Source: an uncultured Rhizobium sp.
GTDB taxonomy: Bacteria > Bacteroidota > Bacteroidia > NS11-12g > UBA955
Direction: 5' to 3'
Length of the DNA: 64,000 bases
NCBI GenBank assembly: GCA_964408945.1
Contig: CAYPBJ010000010.1
Coordinates: 4,008 to 68,007, forward strand
Shown here: positions 17,723 through 25,003 of the stretch, piece after piece
Position numbering within the stretch: the stretch's first letter is position 1
Layout of the letters: each line of letters starts with the position of its first letter
Notes under the pieces: generated by a model
Database searches by the model: none
What the model was told of the DNA's origin: nothing
Seen by the model: only the letters and a program-made list of their open reading frames with translations
Position numbers and translations under genes: made by a program

Positions 17723-19414
17723 TCAAAATTTCATTTTCTTTCCACCGATGAATGTACGCTTCACGCTAATTCTTTTCAAATCATCTACGGAGCATTCTAA
17801 AATATCTTTGTCGAGAATCATAAAATCAGCCACTTTATTGGCTTCAATACTTCCTTTCCAAGTATCTTCTCTGTTAGCATAGGCTGCCCAAAGTGTCATC
17901 CCTAGCAAAGTTTCTTTTCGACCTAAAGCTTGTTTCGGTAAAAAGGGAACTGTTAAATTTCCAGCAATATCCATCCGCTGCGTAGCAGAATAAAAAGATG
18001 CAAAAGGGTTGATGGCTTCAACCGGGAAATCCGTTCCAATTGCTACAACTCCAGCACTTTTTAGTAAATCTTTATATGCATAAGCACCCGATTGAGGGTT
18101 GTAAAATTGAGTATAACCAATTCTCTGAGTTGAATCAATGCAAAGTCTTGACATTGCCCATGGCGCGTCTGAAGTAGCATGTGTGGGCTGAATACTCGGA
18201 ATTATTCCCCAATTAGAAAGCTGTTTTTGATCACGGGGATCAACAATTTGTGCATGTTCTATCCTCCAACGAGCGTCAAATCCTTCCGGGATGGTTTGCT
18301 TGAAATTGTTAATAACTAACTTGTTGGCCGAGTCACCAATGGCATGAACACAGACTTGAAAGTTCTTATTTAACAAATATTGAGTGTAATAACTGAATTG
18401 ACCGTAACTCATTAGTTGAAGTCCGTGATATCCATTTCTATCACAGTAATCCGTTTTCAGTAAGGCACCTTTAGAGCCTAATGCACCGTCTAAATAAATT
18501 TTCATACTTTCGCAATGCATGAGGTAATTATTGGGGATTTCATTGGTCCCCACTTTGATTAAATTCTCATCTTTACCAGAAAGCATGGCACAAAACCGCA
18601 TGTGAATTTTCTGATCTTTTTGCAATTTTTGCAAATAATTCATTTCATCCAATTCTAAACCAGCTTCATCTAAAGTAGTCAGACCATATTTATAGATGGT
18701 TTTTGCCTGTTTTACAACGGCTTTAGTCAGTTCTTTTTCATCCATTGGAGGAATGAATTTCCTTACCCAATCAGAGGCATTATCTACAAATATTCCTGTT
18801 GGTTTTCCGCTGGCATCTTTCATGATCTCACCGCCAGCGATGATTGTGTCCCAATTCAAATTCAACGTTTTTAGTGCTATATCATTGACCCAGATGGCAT
18901 GTCCATCAACTCTTGATAAACAGACGGGTTTTTTTGATGCTCCTTTAAGGTCAACTGCCGTAGGAAATGTTTTTTCGCTCCAGTCATTTTGATCCCAACC
19001 ACGTCCAACAATCCATGCGCGTTTGGTTTTGAATTTCTTTACTTTTTTATAAACCTCAGATTTGCTTTTTGTGCCAAAAACATTGACTTCTTTGGTGCCC
19101 CTGCAATAAGCCAAAAAATGACAGTGCGCATCTATGAAACCAGGATACAGATATCCAGTGTGTTTATTGATTTTTGCTGTTGGATATTTTAATTGAGCGT
19201 CATTCAATGAACCCGTAAAACGAATCCATCCATTCTCTTCAACAAAGCACTCCACTGTTGACATAGCTGTATCACAAACGTAAATCTTTGTTGCTGTGTG
19301 AATTGTAGCTTGCGCGTTCAAATAATTTGAGGTCAATACACAAAAAATCAATAAAAATTGAACGAATTTTTGGGGGACAAACGTTTTTAGATTGTTATAC
19401 CTTTGTTTAATCAT
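17723..19414 (-). CDS. Amidohydrolase-family metal-dependent hydrolase (YtcJ-like), secreted
   Basis: 563 aa with a signal peptide (SNYLNAQA). The metal-binding motif reads GFIDAHCH, with later HAIGD and GTDFPVE motifs. Confidence 0.75.
   Translation of the reverse strand: MIKQRYNNLKTFVPQKFVQFLLIFCVLTSNYLNAQATIHTATKIYVCDTAMSTVECFVEENGWIRFTGSLNDAQLKYPTAKINKHTGYLYPGFIDAHCHFLAYCRGTKEVNVFGTKSKSEVYKKVKKFKTKRAWIVGRGWDQNDWSEKTFPTAVDLKGASKKPVCLSRVDGHAIWVNDIALKTLNLNWDTIIAGGEIMKDASGKPTGIFVDNASDWVRKFIPPMDEKELTKAVVKQAKTIYKYGLTTLDEAGLELDEMNYLQKLQKDQKIHMRFCAMLSGKDENLIKVGTNEIPNNYLMHCESMKIYLDGALGSKGALLKTDYCDRNGYHGLQLMSYGQFSYYTQYLLNKNFQVCVHAIGDSANKLVINNFKQTIPEGFDARWRIEHAQIVDPRDQKQLSNWGIIPSIQPTHATSDAPWAMSRLCIDSTQRIGYTQFYNPQSGAYAYKDLLKSAGVVAIGTDFPVEAINPFASFYSATQRMDIAGNLTVPFLPKQALGRKETLLGMTLWAAYANREDTWKGSIEANKVADFMILDKDILECSVDDLKRISVKRTFIGGKKMKF
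19398..19405 (+). promoter_or_regulatory. Bacteroidota-type -7 promoter box (TACCTTTG) for the six-gene envelope operon
   Basis: Exact TAnnTTTG match, 30 nt upstream of ATG 19436. It lies inside the first codons of the divergent amidohydrolase gene. Confidence 0.45.
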
Positions 19415-19419
19415 CTATT

Positions 19420-19427
19420 CAAATTTA
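19420..19427 (-). promoter_or_regulatory. Bacteroidota-type -7 promoter box (TAAATTTG) for the amidohydrolase gene
   Basis: Plus strand reads caaattta, so the reverse complement is TAAATTTG. There are 5 nt between the final G and ATG 19414. Confidence 0.45.
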
Positions 19428-19435
19428 AACATTCT

Positions 19436-19897
19436 ATGAAGTTAGCCAATCGAAAAATTCTTGTATGGTCTGTGGTAGCAGTAATTTTAGTGTCAGTTGC
19501 AGTAGTGTTTTTTATGGCAACAGAATCAAATTCAGGTGTTGTAGAAGAGGAAGCCAAATATAAATTAACGGTTTCTGATTGGGTAAAAGAAGGCTTGGAA
19601 ACATCAGATAGTAGTTTCAATCAGAAATACGTTGGACAAATTGTTGAGATTAGCGGTAAAGTGGCTTCGGTGAAAGCATTAGAGGCACAGAATAGCACTA
19701 ACGTAAAATTGGAAAGCGGGCAAGAAGAAGTCATTGTTGGGGCGCTTTTCAATAAAACATCACAAGAGATTCAAGAATTAGCTCCCGGCCAAGATGTTAC
19801 GGTAGTTTGCGAATGCAACGGAGTTTCTAAACCGGAAGAAGATGATCTTATCAGTGAAGTATTATTCACTCTAAAACATTGTCAATTAAAAAAATAA
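19436..19897 (+). CDS. Membrane-anchored OB-fold-like protein (tRNA_anti-like family candidate)
   Basis: 153 aa from ATG 19436; the track starts at TTG 19403. It has an N-terminal TM anchor (ILVWSVVAVILVSVAVVFFM). The segment FNQKYVGQIVEISGKVASV...VIVGALF...LAPGQDVTVVCECNG...FTLKHCQL fits the pattern I remember for that OB-fold family. Confidence 0.55.
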   Translation: MKLANRKILVWSVVAVILVSVAVVFFMATESNSGVVEEEAKYKLTVSDWVKEGLETSDSSFNQKYVGQIVEISGKVASVKALEAQNSTNVKLESGQEEVIVGALFNKTSQEIQELAPGQDVTVVCECNGVSKPEEDDLISEVLFTLKHCQLKK

Positions 19898-19906
19898 ATC
19901 ATAAAT

Positions 19907-20458
19907 ATGAAAAAGTACATTGCAGTTTTCTTGATGGCTACTCTCTTTACAGTGGGTACATTATTCTCTCAAGCCATCGTTTACAAAACATCTACTGGAA
20001 ATATCACTTTTGTTAGTGAAACAGAATTTGAGAAATTTTCTGCCGTTAACAACCAAGTTACCGCAGCAATATCTTCACAAGGGAAGGTACAATTCAAAGC
20101 GCCGGTAAATTCTTTTGATTTTGAAAAGAAGTTAATGCAAACCCATTTCCAAGAGAATTATATGGAGTCTGCTACCTTTCCCAATGGTGTTTTTAAAGGG
20201 CAAATTGAAGATTTGAAGTCATTCAACTTAGGTAAAAGTGGCACATATTCGGTCACTGTAAAAGGCACACTAGAAATTCACGGTGTAACCAAAGAAGTTG
20301 TAATTCCAGGGAAAATTGTAGTTGACGGCGACCAAGTAACGTTGAAATCTAACTTTTCCATCTCTTGTGCTGAATACGGCGTAAAAATTCCGAAAAACAA
20401 CGTAAATCAAATTTCTGATAGTATTAAGATTTCCGTTAATTGTTCTTTATCTAAATAA
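19907..20458 (+). CDS. YceI-family periplasmic lipid/polyisoprenoid-binding protein
   Basis: 183 aa with a signal peptide. YceI-like strings are present (GNITFVSE...; TVKGTLEIHGVTKEVVIPG; FSISCAEYGVKIP). Confidence 0.75.
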   Translation: MKKYIAVFLMATLFTVGTLFSQAIVYKTSTGNITFVSETEFEKFSAVNNQVTAAISSQGKVQFKAPVNSFDFEKKLMQTHFQENYMESATFPNGVFKGQIEDLKSFNLGKSGTYSVTVKGTLEIHGVTKEVVIPGKIVVDGDQVTLKSNFSISCAEYGVKIPKNNVNQISDSIKISVNCSLSK

Positions 20459-20466
20459 TTGCACAA

Positions 20467-21111
20467 ATGAAAACGGTCTTTTTTGGTGCAGTCATTGCTG
20501 CGTCAGGTTTGTTTGTGGGCTCATGTCAGCATGAAGTTCTACCCAATGTTAATGCATCTGATATTTGTTTTGAGCGCGACGTATTGCCCATTTTTGTATC
20601 CAATTGTGCCATGAATGGTTGCCACGACGCAGGTACAGCGGCAGAAGATTATATCCTGACAAATTACGCCACCATTTTGTCAGAAGGCATTCGACCAGGA
20701 AGACCTGAAAATTCGAAAATTTGGGAGGAAATTGAAGAAAATGAAATGCCCCCAAATCATCCATTGACCGCCGAGCAAAAATCCATCATTAAAACATGGA
20801 TCGCTGCAGGGGCTCCCAATGGAGTGAATTGCAGCAGCAATTGTGATTCTTCTTTATTCACCTATTCAGAGGCTGTGTCGCCCATCATTACTAAAAACTG
20901 TGTAGGATGCCATCAATATCCTAGTGCTAGTGGTAGTGTTGATTTGAGTTCATATCAAGGGGTTCGAGACATCGCAAAATCAGGAGCTTTTGTTCATAGT
21001 GTGCAAGGCACCAACGGGTATAAAAAAATGCCACCTTCGGGTGCAGGATTGTCTGAATGTGAAATTAATCAAATTAAAAAATGGGTAGCAAACGGGGCTC
21101 AACAAAATTAA
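20467..21111 (+). CDS. Lipoprotein with two PSCyt1-like (planctomycete cytochrome c-like) modules
   Basis: 214 aa with lipobox LFVGSC. Module 1 reads CFERDVLPIFVSNCAMNGCHD...MPP...IKTWIAAGAP, giving a C-x4-CH motif. Module 2 reads VSPIITKNCVGCHQ...KKMPPSG...IKKWVANGA, giving a canonical CxxCH. Confidence 0.65.
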   Translation: MKTVFFGAVIAASGLFVGSCQHEVLPNVNASDICFERDVLPIFVSNCAMNGCHDAGTAAEDYILTNYATILSEGIRPGRPENSKIWEEIEENEMPPNHPLTAEQKSIIKTWIAAGAPNGVNCSSNCDSSLFTYSEAVSPIITKNCVGCHQYPSASGSVDLSSYQGVRDIAKSGAFVHSVQGTNGYKKMPPSGAGLSECEINQIKKWVANGAQQN

Positions 21112-21467
21112 TTTCGGCAAGCCTAATTGCTCTAGTTACAGTTTTAGGTTCATGCTATTACGATAAGTCTGAGAGTCTTTACGGCGTAACAAAATGCGAT
21201 ACAACCAATGTGGGTTATTCAAATGTGATTTCACCAATCATTCAACGTGATTGTGCAGGTTGCCATTCGGGGTCAGGAGCTTCAGCTGGAATTCAATTGT
21301 ACGATTACACCTCCGTTAAAACATACATGAGCTCAAATAAAATGCGTTTGGTGGGTTCTGTAAAATGGGATGGTACTGCATCAAATATGCCCAAGGGTGG
21401 TAATAAATGGAGCAATTGCAACATCAACTCAATGGAGGCTTGGGTCAATCAAGGCATGAAACCATGA
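21081..21467 (+). CDS. Lipoprotein with one PSCyt1-like CxxCH module
   Basis: 128 aa with lipobox TVLGSC. The module reads ISPIIQRDCAGCHSGSGASAG...NMPKGG...MEAWVNQG. It overlaps the upstream gene by 31 nt. Confidence 0.6.
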   Translation: MGSKRGSTKLISASLIALVTVLGSCYYDKSESLYGVTKCDTTNVGYSNVISPIIQRDCAGCHSGSGASAGIQLYDYTSVKTYMSSNKMRLVGSVKWDGTASNMPKGGNKWSNCNINSMEAWVNQGMKP

Positions 21468-22360
21468 CGGCAATTTCACTATGGAAATTAATTGCCCTAA
21501 AACTGGCATTAATTACAAGCATATTTCAACCTAATTCGGCTAAATCTCAAGAAATTGCAGAAAAACCAAAGAAGGAAAAACCCAACTATAACGTTCCTCT
21601 GACAGAAGCTCCAAGCAATTCAAAATCGCTCAGGCTCATCACAGGACATACATCCTCTACACTACCCAAAGGAACCTTCGAGTTTGTTATTCAACACCGA
21701 TTTGGAGAATTGAATGAAGGTGCTGAGAATCTATTCGGATTGGATAATTTCAATTCTGTGCGTTTGGGATTTGATTGGGCTCTTGGAAACAGAATCACCA
21801 TTGGCGCAGGTCGGAGTTCCAGAGGAAAGATGTTTAACTCCTATTTTAAATGGAGAATGATTGGAAGTCCCAGAACCAAATTCAATTTAACTTACCTCGC
21901 TAATACCGATATTGATGGTAGGAAAACAAGCGACTGGGGCGTATCGCCTTTCTTTTTCTCCCACAGATTGGCCTATACGCATCAATTGATTTTTTCCCAA
22001 CAATTTGGAGAGAAATTAGTCATTGGCATTGCGCCAACGCTGGTGCATTTTAATTTGGTTGACCTAAACAATCAGTCAAATGATATTCCATATGTAAATG
22101 CTTATGTAAGACGAACTTTATCCCCAAAGATGGCTTTGACTTTCGAAGGATCTACACTTATTAATGGAATAGTGAATACCCCCGAAAAAAACAATCCCAC
22201 CCTAGGATTTGGGTTTGAATATTTCACCCCTAAACATACTTTTCAAATCAATTTAACCAATTCAAGGTCACTTTATGAGTCCGGATTTTTAACCCAAAAT
22301 CCAACTTCTACGTCCATGAACCAATTTTGTTTGGGTTTTAATTTAATCAGGAGATGGTAA
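21464..22360 (+). CDS. Predicted outer-membrane beta-barrel protein (DUF5777-like), paralog 1
   Basis: 298 aa from ATG 21464, whose ATGA overlaps the upstream stop; the track starts at 21407. It has a signal peptide (LALITSIFQPNSAKSQE) and the conserved block FVIQHRFGELNEGAENLFGLDNFNSVRLGFDWALGNRITIGAGRSS. The rest shows an alternating amphipathic pattern. Confidence 0.6.
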   Translation: MTAISLWKLIALKLALITSIFQPNSAKSQEIAEKPKKEKPNYNVPLTEAPSNSKSLRLITGHTSSTLPKGTFEFVIQHRFGELNEGAENLFGLDNFNSVRLGFDWALGNRITIGAGRSSRGKMFNSYFKWRMIGSPRTKFNLTYLANTDIDGRKTSDWGVSPFFFSHRLAYTHQLIFSQQFGEKLVIGIAPTLVHFNLVDLNNQSNDIPYVNAYVRRTLSPKMALTFEGSTLINGIVNTPEKNNPTLGFGFEYFTPKHTFQINLTNSRSLYESGFLTQNPTSTSMNQFCLGFNLIRRW

Positions 22361-23256
22361 GGAATTATAACATATTGTTTGCTTTAATAAGCATTTTAAG
22401 TTTGCCATCTTTACAAGCTCAAGACGATGATTTTGATCTGTTAGGTGAAGAAAAGCCAATTGTGACAAAAGTGAATTACGCTTTTAAAACAACCAAAGTA
22501 ATCAATCTTCAAAGCACAGAGGTAACTGATAAAGGGGTGCTCGATTTTAAAATGATGCACCGATTTGGACCTACCAATGCTGGTGCTTACGAAGCTTTCG
22601 GTTTGGATCAATCTACTGTTCGATTTGGTTTTGAGTATGGAATCACTCACTCAACCATGATTTCAGCGGGTAGATCAAATGTCAATGGGTTAAAAAACCT
22701 CGATCTTTTTCTAAAACAAAGAATTCTTCATCAGAATTCAACCAATACCATTCCCGTGAGCGTGCTCGCTGTGGTAGGTACCCAATATCTCACAGGTAGT
22801 AATTTCAATGTTCTTACCAATCAACAACGAAGCTCTTACTTTGCCCAATTGATCATTGCACGCAAATTCGATGAAGACTTTACGTTAGAATTGGTTCCAA
22901 CGTGGTTGTACAACGCTAAAAATCCACCCACAATGCCAACTTTAGAAACACCAGCAGTTTCTCAATTAGCTTTGGGTGTAGGTTTGCGTCACAAAATCAG
23001 TCCTCGAAGCAGCATCAATTTAGAATATATTCCCATTCTCACTAATAAAGGAACAGTTACCAATTGCTTTTCAATAGGAATGGATGTTGAAACCGGCGGA
23101 CACGTTTTTCAATTTCATTTGACAAACAGTCCCGGCTTGAACGAAACCCAGTTCATTTCGAATACCACAGACCCTTGGAAATCAGGCGGAATAAGACTCG
23201 GATTTAACCTTTCGAGGGTGTTTACCGTGGTAAAACCCAAGGGATTTAAAAAGTAA
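22354..23256 (+). CDS. Predicted outer-membrane beta-barrel protein (DUF5777-like), paralog 2
   Basis: 300 aa with a signal peptide (LSLPSLQAQD). Its conserved block FKMMHRFGPTNAGAYEAFGLDQSTVRFGFEYGITHSTMISAGRSN matches paralog 1. It overlaps paralog 1 by 7 nt. Confidence 0.6.
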   Translation: MVRNYNILFALISILSLPSLQAQDDDFDLLGEEKPIVTKVNYAFKTTKVINLQSTEVTDKGVLDFKMMHRFGPTNAGAYEAFGLDQSTVRFGFEYGITHSTMISAGRSNVNGLKNLDLFLKQRILHQNSTNTIPVSVLAVVGTQYLTGSNFNVLTNQQRSSYFAQLIIARKFDEDFTLELVPTWLYNAKNPPTMPTLETPAVSQLALGVGLRHKISPRSSINLEYIPILTNKGTVTNCFSIGMDVETGGHVFQFHLTNSPGLNETQFISNTTDPWKSGGIRLGFNLSRVFTVVKPKGFKK

Positions 23257-25003
23257 TCAATTGTGTTCGGGGGAATTTATATTGCCAAGGATTTCCCCGG
23301 AAAATTTTGCCTCTAACCCTAGCTGTGGTTGGCTTTGAGCTTTTTATATGGATGCGTATTACACTTTCAATGCTTGAATTGGGAATGTCTTCCAGTTTGA
23401 GCACATGAACAAATGGGTTGGTTTTTTCAGTGTTTGGAATTGCAGTAAATCTGTAGTCAATTTGATTCAATGCTTTGTTGAAACCCGGCTCAAAAAGTGC
23501 AGTTGTGAATTCTAGTGGTTCGGTAGTTGAAGGTATAATTTCAAAATAAACCCAATCATTTCGAGATAGATCGGGGTTCAATTTCTTAAGCTCTAAAAAC
23601 ACGTTGGAATCGTTGGGAATATGCCAAGTGAGGTTTTTTGTTTCTTTCGGGGGATGTTTTATCGCGAAAGCATCTATGCGCCCTCCAATAGTGAACCATG
23701 TGGAAGACTTCTTTCCAATGGTATACCACCATTTAGAATACTGACTAAAAAGAAGAACTCTCTCAAACTTTGATTCCAGCCACGGAAGCATCCAATCAGG
23801 AGTGCCCGAATTACTTACAAATAGAAAGGTGTCTGTTGATTCACCGAGTGAATCTAGATGTTGAAATTGAAGCCCAAACTTTTGAAATTGATATTGCAAA
23901 ACATCTTCAGGCCCATCGGCTTTTATGGGCAGTAGATTTAAAGTTGGGTCTTGGGCAATTTTTGCCACAGTAGATGCATATTTATTGGATGTTCTAATGA
24001 ATTGAAATTGAACTTCGTGAATCAAACTCACAAGTAAGACCGCCATGAGCAAAAATCTTCCGACAGCTGGAACTTTAGAGAATGTAAATGTCCCCAGAAA
24101 AAATAAAAAAAATGGAAAGGCAAAATAAACTACGTGATTTTGCAGAACAGGCTTGAAAATCACTGAATAAGTCCAACCAATCGCCAAAACGGAAATCCAG
24201 GTAGAAATGGCGATAATTGCTGTTTTGCCGACTTTGGCCTCTTGATAAAGACTCCAAGAAGTTGCTAAAATCACAATCAACAAAACAAGGTTGGATTGAT
24301 TAAAAGTGAAATAAAGATGATCAACAAACCAATCAATTTTGGGTTTCCCCAACCAGCTGAGCCCGCCTTCGTGGATTTGATGAGTAAAAACGGTCCATTG
24401 GGGAGCAGCTATGAGGAATGCAATGAAAAGAATTTTAAAATTTCGGATGTTAATTTTATTGCTGATAAACAGATAGATAATTGATGTTAAAAAACTGAAA
24501 TAATGGGTGTAAAGCGTCAAACTGAGTAAAAATCCGACGAAAATCTGGTTTGAGTGACGTCGAAAATTTAAAAACAACAAAAGTGCTGTCAATCCCAATT
24601 CGTATGGCCTCACCCAAACCGACATGCTCACGGGGAAATACAAGAGAGCCATCAAAATTGCAGAGAATTCAGCTGCTTTTTTATCTGACTCCATCAAGCA
24701 AAAGCGGTAAAACAGCCCGAGGTTCATCAATGAAAATAGGCCCCAAATCAGCTTGTAGGTCCATTCGTTGAAATGCAGAACTTTGAAAAGTATCCAAATA
24801 ATAGTTTGAACCCCAGCAGGGTGACCGTCAATGGCAACCCCCTGAGTAATGTGTGCCCAAAATGAAGATTGAGTTTTTTCGGCCCTGAACAAAGCACCTA
24901 ACTCATCAGAATCCATGGGTACAGCTGATAAATCGTAGAACCTTACTGCAGCGGCAATGAAAATCAGCAAGATAAAAAACCAGTGTTTTTTCAGGAGATT
25001 CAC
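23246..25003 (-). CDS. GT-C fold glycosyltransferase-like membrane protein (ArnT/PMT, GT39/GT83-like) with C-terminal soluble domain
   Basis: 585 aa. The N-terminal ~330 aa are polytopic, with an acidic motif in the first loop (RFYDLSAVPMDSDELGALF). The C-terminal ~250 aa are soluble. Confidence 0.55.
   Translation of the reverse strand: MNLLKKHWFFILLIFIAAAVRFYDLSAVPMDSDELGALFRAEKTQSSFWAHITQGVAIDGHPAGVQTIIWILFKVLHFNEWTYKLIWGLFSLMNLGLFYRFCLMESDKKAAEFSAILMALLYFPVSMSVWVRPYELGLTALLLFLNFRRHSNQIFVGFLLSLTLYTHYFSFLTSIIYLFISNKINIRNFKILFIAFLIAAPQWTVFTHQIHEGGLSWLGKPKIDWFVDHLYFTFNQSNLVLLIVILATSWSLYQEAKVGKTAIIAISTWISVLAIGWTYSVIFKPVLQNHVVYFAFPFFLFFLGTFTFSKVPAVGRFLLMAVLLVSLIHEVQFQFIRTSNKYASTVAKIAQDPTLNLLPIKADGPEDVLQYQFQKFGLQFQHLDSLGESTDTFLFVSNSGTPDWMLPWLESKFERVLLFSQYSKWWYTIGKKSSTWFTIGGRIDAFAIKHPPKETKNLTWHIPNDSNVFLELKKLNPDLSRNDWVYFEIIPSTTEPLEFTTALFEPGFNKALNQIDYRFTAIPNTEKTNPFVHVLKLEDIPNSSIESVIRIHIKSSKPTTARVRGKIFRGNPWQYKFPRTQLITF

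Noticed and set aside
21407-21463. Longer N-terminal extension of the first barrel-candidate gene, as given in the track
   Set aside because: The extension overlaps the preceding lipoprotein gene by 61 nt and encodes no signal peptide. ATG 21464 gives an ATGA stop-start overlap and an immediate signal peptide.
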